Assembly (NCBI GenBank): GCA_045536865.1
Contig: JAZSOK010000089.1
Span: 1-52,700 of the forward strand
Length of the DNA: 52,700 nucleotides
Origin: Eubacteriales bacterium
Lineage (GTDB): Bacteria > Bacillota > Clostridia > Oscillospirales > CAG-272
Direction of reading: 5' to 3'
Both the position numbers and the translations under genes were made by a program. Each line of letters opens with the position of its first letter. The first letter of the stretch is position 1. Shown one piece after another: positions 1 to 10,539 of the stretch. The notes under the pieces are model-generated. The model was given only the letters and a program-made list of their open reading frames with translations, searched no databases and was not told the DNA's origin.

Positions 1-464
<464 letters not shown>

Positions 465-546
465 TTATCGAACCTTTCTGATAAAAGCGACCTTTTAGCG
501 GTCCTTTACTGTGTTTTGAAGCGGTCAAGAAAATTGCAAAAACGAG

Positions 547-1800
547 TTAACGAAAGAGAGGGAAGCGGCGGCAGAGCTCTGCCACTCTTGCGCGCACCTC
601 GTCGGCGGTTCCTTCAAAGTCGCGCGTGGTCATGCCTATCAAACGGGCGATTTCCTTCATCTCCTCTTCCTTGAAGCCGCGACTGGTGACGGCGGGCGTG
701 CCGATACGGACACCGCTTGTGACGAAGGGCGTTTCGGGATCGTTCGGAATGGCATTTTTGTTGACGGTGATATGAACGGCATCCAAGCGGCGTTCAAGTT
801 CCTTGCCCGTAACGCCGAAGGGGCGGAGGTCAAGGAGCATCAGATGATTGTCCGTGCCGCCCGAAACCAAATCAAAGCCCTCTGCCAAAAACGCCTCTGC
901 CAAGGTGCGCGCATTTTTGACGATCTGCGTTTGATATTCACGGAAGGAGTCCTTCAATGCTTCGCCAAAGCAAACGGCCTTGGCGGCAATGATATGAAGC
1001 AAAGGACCGCCCTGAATGCCGGGGAAAATTGCCTTGTCAATTTGCTTTGCCAGTGCCTCACGGCAAAGAATTAAGCCACCGCGAGGACCGCGCAGGGTTT
1101 TGTGCGTGGTGGACGTGACAACGTCGGCATAGGGAACGGGATTGGGATGCAAGCCTGCGGCGACAAGTCCTGCAATGTGCGCCATGTCAACCATGAGGTA
1201 AGCACCGACCTTGTCGGCAATTTCGCGCAGGCGCGCAAAATCAATAACGCGCGGATAAGCAGACGCACCCGCAACGATCAGTTTCGGCTTGTTCTCGATG
1301 GCGAGACGCTCCACTTCATCATAGTCGATGAGGTGTGTAACGGGGTTCACGCCATAGGGCACGAAGTGATAGTAAAGGCCCGAGAGGTTGACGGGGCTAC
1401 CGTGTGTCAGGTGACCGCCATCCGCCAAACTCATACCGAGTACGGTGTCGCCCGGATGAAGAAGTGCGACGTACACGGCGGTGTTTGCCTGCGAGCCGCT
1501 ATGGGGTTGCACGTTGGCATGCTCGGCACCGAAAAGTTGTTTGGCGCGCTCAATGGCGAGGCGCTCGACAACGTCGACACGCTCGCAACCGCCGTAATAG
1601 CGGCGGCCGGGATAGCCCTCGGCGTATTTGTTCGTCAAAATGGTTCCTGCGGCAAGCAAGCATGCTTCCGACACAACGTTTTCGGAGGCGATCAACTCAA
1701 TGCCGTTTTCCTGACGGAGATATTCCTCGTGAATGGCTTCACCGATCTCTTTGTCAAAGCCGGTCAGTCTTTCAATGGTATTTTCAATGGAATTTGTCAT
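547..1800 (-). CDS. glyA: serine hydroxymethyltransferase
   Basis: 417-aa ORF with [10 protein letters not shown] and the PLP-lysine motif [12 protein letters not shown]. Length is typical for SHMT. Confidence 0.97.
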   Translation of the reverse strand: MTNSIENTIERLTGFDKEIGEAIHEEYLRQENGIELIASENVVSEACLLAAGTILTNKYAEGYPGRRYYGGCERVDVVERLAIERAKQLFGAEHANVQPHSGSQANTAVYVALLHPGDTVLGMSLADGGHLTHGSPVNLSGLYYHFVPYGVNPVTHLIDYDEVERLAIENKPKLIVAGASAYPRVIDFARLREIADKVGAYLMVDMAHIAGLVAAGLHPNPVPYADVVTSTTHKTLRGPRGGLILCREALAKQIDKAIFPGIQGGPLLHIIAAKAVCFGEALKDSFREYQTQIVKNARTLAEAFLAEGFDLVSGGTDNHLMLLDLRPFGVTGKELERRLDAVHITVNKNAIPNDPETPFVTSGVRIGTPAVTSRGFKEEEMKEIARLIGMTTRDFEGTADEVRARVAELCRRFPLFR

Positions 1801-2236
1801 GGGTTTTCCTTTCTTTTGTCGGCGCGCACCGTAACGCGATGCCGATTATATTTATATTTTATATAATTATACTTATTATACAGCATGTCTTTCCCGTTTT
1901 CAAGAGGAGAGGGCAAAAAAATGAGGAAAAACAAGTAAAAATATCCATTAAATTATAGATGACGGATGACACCCCGACAAAGTTGGTGGACGTGGCGTGG
2001 CAAAGGAAAAAGCGGTCTTTGCCGTTGCCTTTGCTATTCTTTCCAAAAAACGCATTTTTACTACTTTATAAATAAGAAAAGCAAACGGCCACGGCACGTG
2101 CGATAAAAACCAAAAGAACGAGCCTCTTTTGTTGCAAAAGAAATTGTCAACGAAAGAAAAAAGAGGAAGACTTGCATATTTTCTGTTTAAGAGGGAAAAG
2201 TAAGGGTAACGATGACAAGGAAAGGAAAACTTGCTT

Positions 2237-3550
2237 ATGCTCAAAAGAAAAAACAAAGCGTGCTTAGTGTTGGCAACGTCGCTCTTGCTCGTGTTCATCT
2301 TGGTGTTCTCCCTGTCTGTTTTTGCGGCGAATGACGACGAGGTGATGCCGATTTCATTTACTCAACTTTCCGATGACATTCCGATGGTCAAAAGCGGATT
2401 GCGCGAAAATGCGGGTGTCAATATGGCGATCAGTGATTTCCAACAGGCGATGGGAATATCTGATTTTGAGGCAATTACCGTTAAAGAGTTGCCCGACAGT
2501 CGCGACGGCGTGTTGAAACTTTCGGGAATGCGCGTGCAGGCAGGACAAACCATTCGCCGCGAATATTTGTCGTTGCTCTCCTTCGTCCCTGCGGCGAACA
2601 CCGTTTCGGAGGCTTCGTTCACCTTCACCTGCAAGGAGTTTGCGGGAGGCGCACCCATGCAATGCCAAATTCGTATTCTTGACGCCATCAATTATGCCCC
2701 CAAGGTAGATAAGGAGGAAAGCGCCCTGTCTGTTTCCACGCAAATGGGGGTCGCCGTTTACGGCAATTTGGTCACCCTTGATCCCGAAAACGATGAGTTG
2801 ACGTATATCGTCACGAACTATCCGACAAACGGCACTTTGACAATGGAAGATTTGCATAACGGTGCATTCTGCTACACGCCGAAGGACGATTTTCGCGGCA
2901 AAGACTCATTCACCTACGTGGTACGGGATGCGTGCGGAAACTATTCGTATGAGAACTGCGTGCAAATCAACGTCAAAGAGCGCGAGATAGACATGGACTA
3001 CAAGGACATGGCAGGACACGCGGCGTATAACGCCGCCCTGACTGCGGCGGCAAACCGCTGGATGCTCGGTGAACTTTCGGGGGCAGGCATGTATTTCTCG
3101 CCCGAAAAGACGGTCAGTCGCGGAGAATTTGTTGCCATGGCGATGAAGGCGATGAAGATAGCGCCGATGTCGAATTTGACCGAAACCTGCTTTGACGATA
3201 ATGAGAAAATCCCTGTTTCCGTCCGTCCTTATATTGCGACGGCGCAGGAAAAGGGATACGTCACAGGCTCCTTTGAAAAGGATGGTCTGTATTTCCACGC
3301 CGAAAAGCCCGTCACACGTGCCGAGGCGGCGGTCATTCTCAACCGTATGCTAAAACTTGCAACGCCCACCTTATCGCCCGTTTACAGTGATCCCGAAAGC
3401 GTGCCCGTGTGGGCAGACGACGCGGTGGCGGCTTTGTACGACGCGGGGATTTTGCCGTTGACGGGGAAGGGCATTGCGGCATCCTCTCCCCTTAACCGTG
3501 CCGATGCCGTCGTCATGTTGTGCGAATCGGCAAACGAACGCAATAAGTAA
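2237..3550 (+). CDS. secreted cell-surface protein with a cadherin/Ig-like middle region and C-terminal SLH-like repeats
   Basis: The ORF track starts at TTG 2231; ATG 2237 follows a GGAAAGG RBS. It has an N-terminal signal peptide (KRKNKACLVLATSLLLVFILVFSLSVFA). The DPENDELTYIVTNYPTNGTL...FTYVVRD segment is typical of cadherin-like repeats. Three C-terminal ~60-aa repeats contain SRGEF/TRAEA/NRADA, as in S-layer homology domains. Confidence 0.7.
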   Translation: MLKRKNKACLVLATSLLLVFILVFSLSVFAANDDEVMPISFTQLSDDIPMVKSGLRENAGVNMAISDFQQAMGISDFEAITVKELPDSRDGVLKLSGMRVQAGQTIRREYLSLLSFVPAANTVSEASFTFTCKEFAGGAPMQCQIRILDAINYAPKVDKEESALSVSTQMGVAVYGNLVTLDPENDELTYIVTNYPTNGTLTMEDLHNGAFCYTPKDDFRGKDSFTYVVRDACGNYSYENCVQINVKEREIDMDYKDMAGHAAYNAALTAAANRWMLGELSGAGMYFSPEKTVSRGEFVAMAMKAMKIAPMSNLTETCFDDNEKIPVSVRPYIATAQEKGYVTGSFEKDGLYFHAEKPVTRAEAAVILNRMLKLATPTLSPVYSDPESVPVWADDAVAALYDAGILPLTGKGIAASSPLNRADAVVMLCESANERNK

Positions 3551-3642
3551 TTTTTCTATCCGGAGGCGCTTATAAACGGCGATATGACAACCGCTTTATT
3601 GTAAAAACAGAGCACAAACAGTTGCTTTTATCAAAGAAAAAA

Positions 3643-3684
3643 GGTGTTGAAAAGTCATTTGATTTTTCAACACCAAATTTTTTT
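3643..3684 (+). terminator. intrinsic terminator
   Basis: 11-bp stem GGTGTTGAAAA/TTTTCAACACC followed by AAATTTTTTT. Confidence 0.6.
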
Positions 3685-3705
3685 AAAAAATTTTTTAAAA
3701 ACCTA

Positions 3706-3738
3706 TTGACAAATGGTCTTAAATAGGATATAATCCTA
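3706..3738 (+). promoter_or_regulatory. sigma-A-type promoter with an overlapping palindromic operator
   Basis: TTGACA (3706-3711), 17-nt spacer, TATAAT (3729-3734). The palindrome TAGGAT-ATA-ATCCTA (3724-3738) straddles the -10, as expected for a Fur/PerR-type repressor site. Confidence 0.7.
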
Positions 3739-3792
3739 ATAGAAAGAGAAAAAGGAGGGAGAACACTGGAAAGACAGACCATTCAGAAGACG

Positions 3793-4152
3793 TTGGTTTA
3801 CGACACGGTTTGCACCCTTCGCAATCATCCGACGGCACAGGAAGTGTACGACCGATTGCACCGTGATCATCCAACCGTTAGCCGCGCAACAGTCTATCGC
3901 ATACTGGGTGGACTTGCGGCGCAGGGACAACTTTTGAAAATTCCCATAGCAGACAGTGCCGACCACTTTGACCACAATACGGAAAGTCACGTTCATTTTT
4001 TCTGCCGTATGTGCGGATGTGTCGGTGACGTGGACGTGGCGGTGCCCGAACTTCTCTTACCTCCGGAAAATTCCCGTTACCTATTGGAGGGGTACACGGT
4101 CCTTTATCATGGACTGTGCGATGCTTGCCGCCGCGGCAAAGAAAACAAATAA
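3793..4152 (+). CDS. Fur-family transcriptional repressor (PerR-like)
   Basis: 119-aa ORF with a winged helix (ATVYRILGGLAAQG) and two CxxC pairs (CRMCGC..., CDACRRG). It sits upstream of rubrerythrin. The TTG 3793 start has no RBS; an in-frame CTG at 3766 lies 7 nt after AGGAGG (3753-3758), so the true start may be upstream. Confidence 0.8.
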   Translation: MVYDTVCTLRNHPTAQEVYDRLHRDHPTVSRATVYRILGGLAAQGQLLKIPIADSADHFDHNTESHVHFFCRMCGCVGDVDVAVPELLLPPENSRYLLEGYTVLYHGLCDACRRGKENK

Positions 4153-4191
4153 GTTTACAAAAAATATTACATATTAAAGGAGAAACAGAAA

Positions 4192-4731
4192 ATGAAATTT
4201 GTATGTCAAGTATGCGGTTACGTTCACGAGGGAGATGCAGCACCCGAAAAGTGCCCCGTTTGCAAGGCACCTGCCGCAAAGTTTACGGCGCAGAGTGAGG
4301 AAATGGCTTGGGCCGCAGAGCACGTTGTCGGTGTGGCAAAGGGCGTTTCCGAGGATATCCTCGAGGATTTGCGCGCTAACTTCAAGGGCGAATGCACCGA
4401 GGTCGGCATGTATTTGGCAATGGCAAGAGTGGCACACCGTGAGGGCTATCCCGAAATCGGTATGTACTGGGAGAAGGCGGCTTACGAGGAAGCAGAGCAT
4501 GCTGCAAAGTTTGCAGAACTTCTCGGTGAGGTCGTGACCGACTCCACGAAGAAGAACCTCCAAATGCGTGTTGAAGCCGAGAACGGCGCAACGGCAGGCA
4601 AGGCCGATTTGGCAAAGCGCGCCAAAGAGGCAGGCTTGGATGCCATTCACGACACCGTTCACGAAATGGCTCGCGACGAGGCTCGCCACGGCAAGGCATT
4701 TGAGGGACTTTTGAACAGATACTTCAAATAA
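4192..4731 (+). CDS. rbr: reverse rubrerythrin (N-terminal rubredoxin-like domain plus diiron ferritin-like domain)
   Basis: N-terminal CQVCGY...CPVCKAP. Diiron ligand motifs EEAEHAAKF and [22 protein letters not shown] lies upstream. Confidence 0.9.
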   Translation: MKFVCQVCGYVHEGDAAPEKCPVCKAPAAKFTAQSEEMAWAAEHVVGVAKGVSEDILEDLRANFKGECTEVGMYLAMARVAHREGYPEIGMYWEKAAYEEAEHAAKFAELLGEVVTDSTKKNLQMRVEAENGATAGKADLAKRAKEAGLDAIHDTVHEMARDEARHGKAFEGLLNRYFK

Positions 4732-4759
4732 GAAAAAACGCATAAACCCCGCGTGAAAA

Positions 4760-4795
4760 GGACATCCGCCATTTTGGCGGATGTCCCTTGTTTTT
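4760..4795 (+). terminator. intrinsic terminator of the rubrerythrin operon
   Basis: GGACATCCGCC-attttg-GCGGATGTCC followed by CTTGTTTTT. Confidence 0.75.
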
Positions 4796-4954
4796 ATATA
4801 AAACACAGGATGGGGTGTGAAACACACACCAAAAATAACATTTATTTTAATACATCCTTGTTACAGAAGTTTTATTTAATTATACATAATAATTTTTTAT
4901 TTGTAAATAGTTTATAATTATATATATAAAATAATTGTGTAAACAGGTATTTTT

Positions 4955-5203
4955 ATGAACTATTATAATGAAAAAGAATATCAAATGTTTATAATAAAAG
5001 TTGGGTTGAAAGTTGGTTATTATAGAAGACTTGCAAATATGACACAAGAGCAGTTAAGCGAAAGTTGTGGCATGTCATTAAACTTTATTTCACAGTTAGA
5101 AGGCCATTCTGCTCCTTATGTTCCATCATTGAAATCTTTATTTAAGATAAGCAAGGTTTTAGGTGTTCCGGTAAGCAAATTAGTAGATGTTGATAATGAT
5201 TAA
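4955..5203 (+). CDS. small XRE-family helix-turn-helix protein
   Basis: 82 aa with the HTH_3-like segment RRLANMTQEQLSESCGMSLNFISQLEG. It is embedded in a visibly AT-rich islet. Confidence 0.6.
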   Translation: MNYYNEKEYQMFIIKVGLKVGYYRRLANMTQEQLSESCGMSLNFISQLEGHSAPYVPSLKSLFKISKVLGVPVSKLVDVDND

Positions 5204-5229
5204 AGACTGCCCAACGGCAGTCTTCTTTG
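5204..5229 (+). terminator. intrinsic terminator
   Basis: AGACTGCC-caac-GGCAGTCT followed by TCTTTG. Confidence 0.55.
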
Positions 5230-5283
5230 AAACAATTAAAACTCGACATTTGAATGACAAATTCCAATAGACAGAGCAGATAT

Positions 5284-5318
5284 AAAAATGCTATGAGGGA
5301 ATTTCCTCATAGCATTTT
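5284..5318 (-). terminator. intrinsic terminator of the ZIP transporter gene
   Basis: ATGCTATGAGG/CCTCATAGCAT hairpin followed, on the minus strand, by TTTTATAT. Confidence 0.6.
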
Positions 5319-5371
5319 CTTTTGCCTATTTCTTTGTGTTTGGTGCGGATGGCGCGCTTTGTCTTGCATCG

Positions 5372-6175
5372 CTATCCGAGCAGTACGTCCAAAAGCATCA
5401 TTGACGCAAAGCCGAGCACGATGCCCATGGTGGCGGTGTAGGGTTGCGCGCTTCGGTTTCTTTGGCATTCGGGAATCAACTCGTGGACGGCGACCAAAAT
5501 CATGGCACCTGCCGCAAAGGAGAGCGCATAGGGAAGAAGAGGCTCCATGTAGACAACGAGCAGTGCGCCGAACACGCCTGCAATCGGCTCGACCATGGCC
5601 GATGCCTGCCCGATGAAAAAACTTTTTTTGCGGGAATATCCCTCCCGTCGCAAGGGAAGGGAAACGGCGGCACCTTCGGGAAAGTTTTGCAGACCGATGC
5701 CGATTGCCACCGAAATGGCACCAAGCAACGCCTCGGGGGCGCAACCCTTTTGCGGTAAAGCACCGAAAGCCACGCCGACCGCCAACCCTTCGGGGATGTT
5801 GTGCAACGTAATGGAGAGGGTGAGCATGATGATGCGATTGATTTTTTCGTTATGAGGCCCCTCCGTTTTATCGGCGCTCTTTCTTGCGTGGGTGACGATT
5901 TTATCGGAAATCCACATAAAGATGGCACCGAGCAGAAAGCCGACCGTTACGACGACGGATGGAGGGAAGGGGGAGACGGCCGCCGCGCGGTCGAGGGCGG
6001 GTTGCAGAAGGGACCAAAAACTGGCGGCAATCATCACACCGGCGGCAAAGCCGAGCATGAGATTGAGAATTCTTGGATTGGGGGACGAAAAGAAAACGAC
6101 GGTTGCGGCACCGAGGGCGGTCACAAGCCAAGTTCCCAGGGTGGCAAGCAACGCAAGTAAGACGAAATGATTCAT
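5372..6175 (-). CDS. zupT: ZIP-family divalent metal transporter (ZupT-like)
   Basis: 267 aa and multi-TM. HNIPEGLAVG and QNFPEGAAV are the signature ZIP TM4/TM5 motifs. Confidence 0.85.
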   Translation of the reverse strand: MNHFVLLALLATLGTWLVTALGAATVVFFSSPNPRILNLMLGFAAGVMIAASFWSLLQPALDRAAAVSPFPPSVVVTVGFLLGAIFMWISDKIVTHARKSADKTEGPHNEKINRIIMLTLSITLHNIPEGLAVGVAFGALPQKGCAPEALLGAISVAIGIGLQNFPEGAAVSLPLRREGYSRKKSFFIGQASAMVEPIAGVFGALLVVYMEPLLPYALSFAAGAMILVAVHELIPECQRNRSAQPYTATMGIVLGFASMMLLDVLLG

Positions 6176-6368
6176 AAAGATCTCCGTTCCGAGGGGGCAA
6201 AGAATGTATGCTACCTTTCGTTTAGGTATCCTTATGTCAGTATATGCTCTAAAAGCAAAGAGTGCGCGCCATCATCCCCCACCGCGACAGGGGTGTCTTT
6301 TTCATGGCACGTCCCGTAAAAACAAAACTTCTTTTTCCCGTTTTCACCTCCATTCGACAAAGGGGGCG

Positions 6369-6377
6369 TGCTATAAT
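6369..6377 (+). promoter_or_regulatory. TG-extended -10 element (TGcTATAAT)
   Basis: cgTGcTATAATag lies ~30 nt upstream of the phosphoesterase start. No good -35 is present. Confidence 0.4.
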
Positions 6378-6404
6378 AGAAAAAAACGAAACGGAGGGAC
6401 GACT

Positions 6405-7082
6405 GTGACCTATGTAATGAGTGATATACACGGCCGTTACGAGGCCTTTAAGGAAATGCTTTCCATCATTGAATTTAGTAATGAGGATATTCTTTTTATA
6501 AACGGGGACTTGCTTGATTATGGCGAGGCACCGCTAAAACTGCTTTTGGACGTCAGTTATCAAAGCAATATTTTTACCGTTCTTGGCGACCATGAATACC
6601 GTGCGCGGCGCTTTTTGCACGCGCTTTACGACGGTGGCGCTACACCCTCTCGGTGCGAACTGGACGCATGGCTTTCGGACGGCGGAGAAAGCACCATATT
6701 GGACATGGAAACACTTTCTTCGGAGGACAAGCGAAGCGTTCTTGATTATCTTGACGACCTGCCCGCCTTTGAGGCGCTCTCTCTTTTGGAGCGCAATTAT
6801 ATGATGGTGCACGGAGGCTTTGCCCACTTCTCACCCAAAAAGCCCCTTGAATGCTATACCCCCGAGGAACTGATATACGACACCGCCCCCTTTGGCCGCC
6901 GCTATTACAAAAACTCTTGCGTTTTGACGGGGCACGTCCCCACGTACAAGATGGGCGAATTTTATCGCGGAAGGATGATTTGTACCCCTGACAGAGTGGC
7001 GCTTGACTGCGGTGCGGCGGAGGGCATCTACCTTGGTTGCTATTGCCTTGAAAACGGCGAGGAATACTATGTACGCCTATGA
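6405..7082 (+). CDS. metallophosphoesterase (PPP-family Ser/Thr phosphatase-like)
   Basis: The ORF track begins at 6204, but that N-terminal stretch looks non-coding. GTG 6405 lies 6 nt after GGAGGG. Motifs SDIHGR, GDLLDYG and GDHE are present. Confidence 0.8.
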   Translation: MTYVMSDIHGRYEAFKEMLSIIEFSNEDILFINGDLLDYGEAPLKLLLDVSYQSNIFTVLGDHEYRARRFLHALYDGGATPSRCELDAWLSDGGESTILDMETLSSEDKRSVLDYLDDLPAFEALSLLERNYMMVHGGFAHFSPKKPLECYTPEELIYDTAPFGRRYYKNSCVLTGHVPTYKMGEFYRGRMICTPDRVALDCGAAEGIYLGCYCLENGEEYYVRL

Positions 7083-7094
7083 AGGCGTGTGCAT

Positions 7095-7739
7095 TCAATA
7101 TAGGGAAAAATGCAGGCGGTGAATATAGGCATAGGCGCTATTAAACGACAAATCAAAAAGAAAAGAGAAGGTTAGCGGCACTAAAATGAGATAAAGCGTG
7201 CTTTTCTCTATTTTCTCTATATAGGACAGGACGGGCGGAAAAATATAGCGCATAAAGGCAAGCATAAGCACGCCCCAAATGAGCGCAAAAGGCAAGCAAA
7301 TATACCCGTATAGTGAAAGCGGCATACCCCTGTAATCCCACATGACAACACCGAAAAAGCCATCCAGTGCAACCCCGACGAGCCCCTCCCAGAGTGTGGC
7401 AATGGTACCGCCCAAAACGAGATACAAAAGATACCTTGCGGGCAGGGAAAGGTGGGAAAGCGAACGGCGACCGAGGTGCATCTTTTGCGGTGTTCCCAAA
7501 AGAAGAAAGGTGCTGACAATGGACACCCCGTAGACAGGGCAAAGCGGTAAGGAGAGAAATCCCCTGTCCGTCAGGCCCTTGCCCTTTGCGACAAAAAAGA
7601 CGATTTCCAACACCCATCCGAATAAAGAAAAAAGCAAAAAGAGGGCGTAGAGAACAGATAAGCGCCAAAGGCGCGTGCCCTCTTGCTTTTCGATGGACAA
7701 AACGCCTCCATTTTCCATCAAATCACGTTGTTTTCCCAT
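7095..7739 (-). CDS. polytopic membrane protein of the 'putative ABC-transporter type IV' (CmpB/DUF1113-like) family
   Basis: ATG 7739 is preceded by GGAGG at 7-nt spacing; the ORF track extends to 7871. It has about 6 TM helices, with GWVLEIVFF...RGFLSLPLCPVYG typical of that family. Family assignment is from memory only. Confidence 0.55.
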   Translation of the reverse strand: MGKQRDLMENGGVLSIEKQEGTRLWRLSVLYALFLLFSLFGWVLEIVFFVAKGKGLTDRGFLSLPLCPVYGVSIVSTFLLLGTPQKMHLGRRSLSHLSLPARYLLYLVLGGTIATLWEGLVGVALDGFFGVVMWDYRGMPLSLYGYICLPFALIWGVLMLAFMRYIFPPVLSYIEKIEKSTLYLILVPLTFSFLFDLSFNSAYAYIHRLHFSLY

Positions 7740-7899
7740 GCTTGTACCTCCAAAATATCCTTTCCCTTGCAGTATGAGCAAAAAAAGGAAGGATATACAC
7801 CAAAAAGCGGTAGGGCGCGCCTTCTCTTGACGAGGGCTTCGCAACACTTCTTTTTTTAGACGCGCACGCATACATTTTTTCTATATAGGGGGGCGTTTT

Positions 7900-9237
7900 A
7901 TGGAAAAAATACTGACTTTACTGTATGATCGAGTGCTATGTTTGAGTGTCACGGTGCTTTTGTTTGTCGTGGGGCTTTTTTTCTGGCTTTATTTGCGCTT
8001 TACACCCTTTCGTCGCTTGCGTGACAAGCGAGAACGAGGGAGTCTCGGCGCATCCTTTCGTGCGCTCTCCGTTGCCTTGGCGGGCACGTTGGGCATCGGG
8101 AATATTGCGGGCGTATGCCTTGCCTTGATGGCGGGTGGCGCGGGTGCGGTTTTTTGGATGTGGGTGAGCGCCCTCGTTGCCATGATCGTTAAATATGCGG
8201 AAATCATACTTGCTTTTCGCTTTCGTTCGGCGGACGGGCGTGGCGGTGCCATGTACTATATGCGAGAGGGGCTTGGCGGTGTCGGCGGTAAGTTGATGGG
8301 CGGCCTTTTTGCTTTTTTATGTCTTGCCGCCTCCTTGTCCATGGGCGGTCTTTTGCAAGCGGACACCGTTGTTTTTTGTGCCGTACAGGCAATTGGCGGC
8401 AAAAAGGAGATATACGGGTTAGCGTTGGCTATTTTGACCGCCATCGTGATTTTTGGCGGCGTGCGTGCCGTGTCGGGCGCGACGTCGCGGCTCGTTCCTT
8501 TGATGAGTGCACTGTATATCGGCATGTGCGTGTCGGTGCTCGTTGCCTACCGTGCGGAATTGCCAAACGCCATGCACCGCATCTTTTCGGAGGCATTGTC
8601 GCCCCTTTCCGTTGGCGGCGGCATCGGTGCCTTTTTCACTTCTCGGGCGGTGCGCGCAGGTGTGTCGCGCGGACTTCTCTCCAATGAGGCGGGTTGCGGC
8701 ACGGCACCCCTTGCCCACATCACGTCGGGTGCGGTGCATCCCGTCCGTCAGGGGCGCATGGGCATGGCGGAGGTGTTCGTAGATACGTTGCTCATCTGCA
8801 CGCTTACCGCGCTTGCCGTGTTGGTTACACACGAAACAATACCGCAAAACGGTGCAGGAATGCTACTCATTTCAGAGGCGTTTGCATCCGTCTTTGGCTC
8901 TGCGGCAGAATGGCTTCTTTGCCTATCCGTCTTTTTCTTCGGCTATGCGACCATTATTTGCTTTGCCTATTACGGTGAAGCCTGCCTTGCGTACTTTACT
9001 GCATCGCACAGGGCAAAAAATGCTTTTCGGCTACTGTTTTCCGCCTTCGTGTTTGTTTCTTGTCTTGTCAGTTCAAATTTGATTTGGACGCTCACAGACG
9101 TCGTTTTGGCTATCATGACGCTTTTGAATTTGGCAACGCTTCTTTCACTTGCCGTACACGTGTCGGGGAGGCCTTTTTTGCATAAAAAAAGGAGCCGTTC
9201 TTCCGAAGAAAAACGGCTTCCGTTTCTTTCAAATTAG
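7900..9237 (+). CDS. agcS: sodium:alanine (amino acid) symporter, AGCS family
   Basis: 445 aa and multi-TM. SFRALSVALAGTLGIGNIAGV is the AGCS signature. Confidence 0.85.
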   Translation: MEKILTLLYDRVLCLSVTVLLFVVGLFFWLYLRFTPFRRLRDKRERGSLGASFRALSVALAGTLGIGNIAGVCLALMAGGAGAVFWMWVSALVAMIVKYAEIILAFRFRSADGRGGAMYYMREGLGGVGGKLMGGLFAFLCLAASLSMGGLLQADTVVFCAVQAIGGKKEIYGLALAILTAIVIFGGVRAVSGATSRLVPLMSALYIGMCVSVLVAYRAELPNAMHRIFSEALSPLSVGGGIGAFFTSRAVRAGVSRGLLSNEAGCGTAPLAHITSGAVHPVRQGRMGMAEVFVDTLLICTLTALAVLVTHETIPQNGAGMLLISEAFASVFGSAAEWLLCLSVFFFGYATIICFAYYGEACLAYFTASHRAKNAFRLLFSAFVFVSCLVSSNLIWTLTDVVLAIMTLLNLATLLSLAVHVSGRPFLHKKRSRSSEEKRLPFLSN

Positions 9238-10454
9238 TCAAGAATGCGAATGTGTGAGACCGGTTGAGCGCCGATGGTTTCCAAGCGCGCGATAGAGTCG
9301 CGCACGTGATTTTCCGTCATGCTCTCGGTCACGACCCACAGTTCATCCGTTTCGGCACTCGGCAGAATTTGGCAATTGCCGAAAACGACGTGTGCCGCGG
9401 TTGCGTCCGCTTTTTTGAGGGCAAGGAAGTGACGGCACGCGAAGAAACCAAAATCGGTGGGCATGTCGTCGGCACGCTCCCATACCGTTTTTTGCACATC
9501 GGCGTTCCCCTTCAATGCCGTGAGAATGTCGGACACCACCGCAGAGGCGGTGGGCAAAGCACCTGCGCCCGCGCCATAGAACATCACGTCACCGACGGCA
9601 GAGCCTTTGACAGAAATGGCGTTGAACACGCCCGAAACGTGCGCTAGGGGCGAACTTGTCGGTACAAAGAAGGGCGCAACCATCATGAAGAAATCACCGT
9701 TTTGACCTCTGACGGCACGGCCGAGCAGTTTGATCTCCGCGCCATAGGCACGCGCGGCGGCGACGTCCTCCGTACGGATAGCGGTAATGCCCTCGGTGTA
9801 GACACGCTCGGCGGGGATGAGTTTGCCAAACGCCACGGCCGCCAAAATGCAAATCTTACGGCAGGCATCCATGCCCTCAACGTCGGCGGCAGGGTTTGCC
9901 TCCGCGTATCCCAGTTTTTGCGCCTCGGCAAGCGCTATTTCAAAACTGACACCGCCTTGGAACATGCGTGTCAGAATATAGTTGGTGGTACCGTTCATAA
10001 TGCCCTTGATAGAGAGCACGTCATTGCTTTGCATGTCAACGGAGAGCGGACGAATGATAGGAATACCTCCGCCGACGCTGGCTTCAAAGAGATAGGACAC
10101 ACCGTGTTCGGCGGCCAAACGGAGAAGTTCATCACCGTGAGTGGCAACCAACTCTTTGTTTGAGGTGACGACGTGCTTTCCTTTTTCGAGTGCCTGACGG
10201 GTAAATTCGTATGCAGGATGCAAGCCGCCGATGACCTCTGCCACCAACTGCACCTCGTCGTCCTCTAAAATGCGACTATAATCATGGACTATCAGGTCAT
10301 GATAGGGGCTATCGGGCAAATCGCGGATGTCAAGAATGTACTTGATGTCCACTTCGTCCCCGACGCGCGCGGCGAAAATATCCTTATGGCTTGTTAAAAG
10401 ATCGGCAGTGCCGCTGCCGACAGTGCCTAATCCTAAAATGGCAATGCGAATCAT
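9234..10454 (-). CDS. hom: homoserine dehydrogenase
   Basis: ATG 10454 follows AGGAG; the ORF track extends to 10526. It has the N-terminal Rossmann motif IAILGLGTVGSG, a catalytic core and a C-terminal ACT-like domain. Confidence 0.93.
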   Translation of the reverse strand: MIRIAILGLGTVGSGTADLLTSHKDIFAARVGDEVDIKYILDIRDLPDSPYHDLIVHDYSRILEDDEVQLVAEVIGGLHPAYEFTRQALEKGKHVVTSNKELVATHGDELLRLAAEHGVSYLFEASVGGGIPIIRPLSVDMQSNDVLSIKGIMNGTTNYILTRMFQGGVSFEIALAEAQKLGYAEANPAADVEGMDACRKICILAAVAFGKLIPAERVYTEGITAIRTEDVAAARAYGAEIKLLGRAVRGQNGDFFMMVAPFFVPTSSPLAHVSGVFNAISVKGSAVGDVMFYGAGAGALPTASAVVSDILTALKGNADVQKTVWERADDMPTDFGFFACRHFLALKKADATAAHVVFGNCQILPSAETDELWVVTESMTENHVRDSIARLETIGAQPVSHIRILD

Positions 10455-10539
10455 GGTGCATCTCCTTGCGTTTTTTGCTTTACGCGCCGTGCTTTCGGCG
10501 GCGATTTTTCGGGCTTGTCCGCCCATATATCAATAAGTT

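Noticed and set aside
772-1958. Long plus-strand ORFs (100, 254 and 184 aa) opposite glyA.
   Set aside because: These are shadow ORFs antisense to a highly conserved gene. They have no RBS and a low-complexity Arg/Gly-rich composition. The same reasoning discards the many overlapping ORFs inside agcS, putP, the ABC permease, the DUF1015 gene, aspS, nrnA, ddl and others.
6204-6404. A 67-codon N-terminal extension of the metallophosphoesterase ORF in the track.
   Set aside because: The extension has non-protein-like composition and contains a TG-extended -10 and the real RBS. GTG 6405 has proper spacing to GGAGGG, and the catalytic SDIHGR motif should lie near the N-terminus.
6176-6404. Possible metal-sensing riboswitch or Zur/Fur box upstream of the ZIP transporter.
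   Set aside because: I could not recognise any known riboswitch core or a Fur/Zur-type palindrome by eye. An Rfam/Infernal scan would be needed, so no claim is made.
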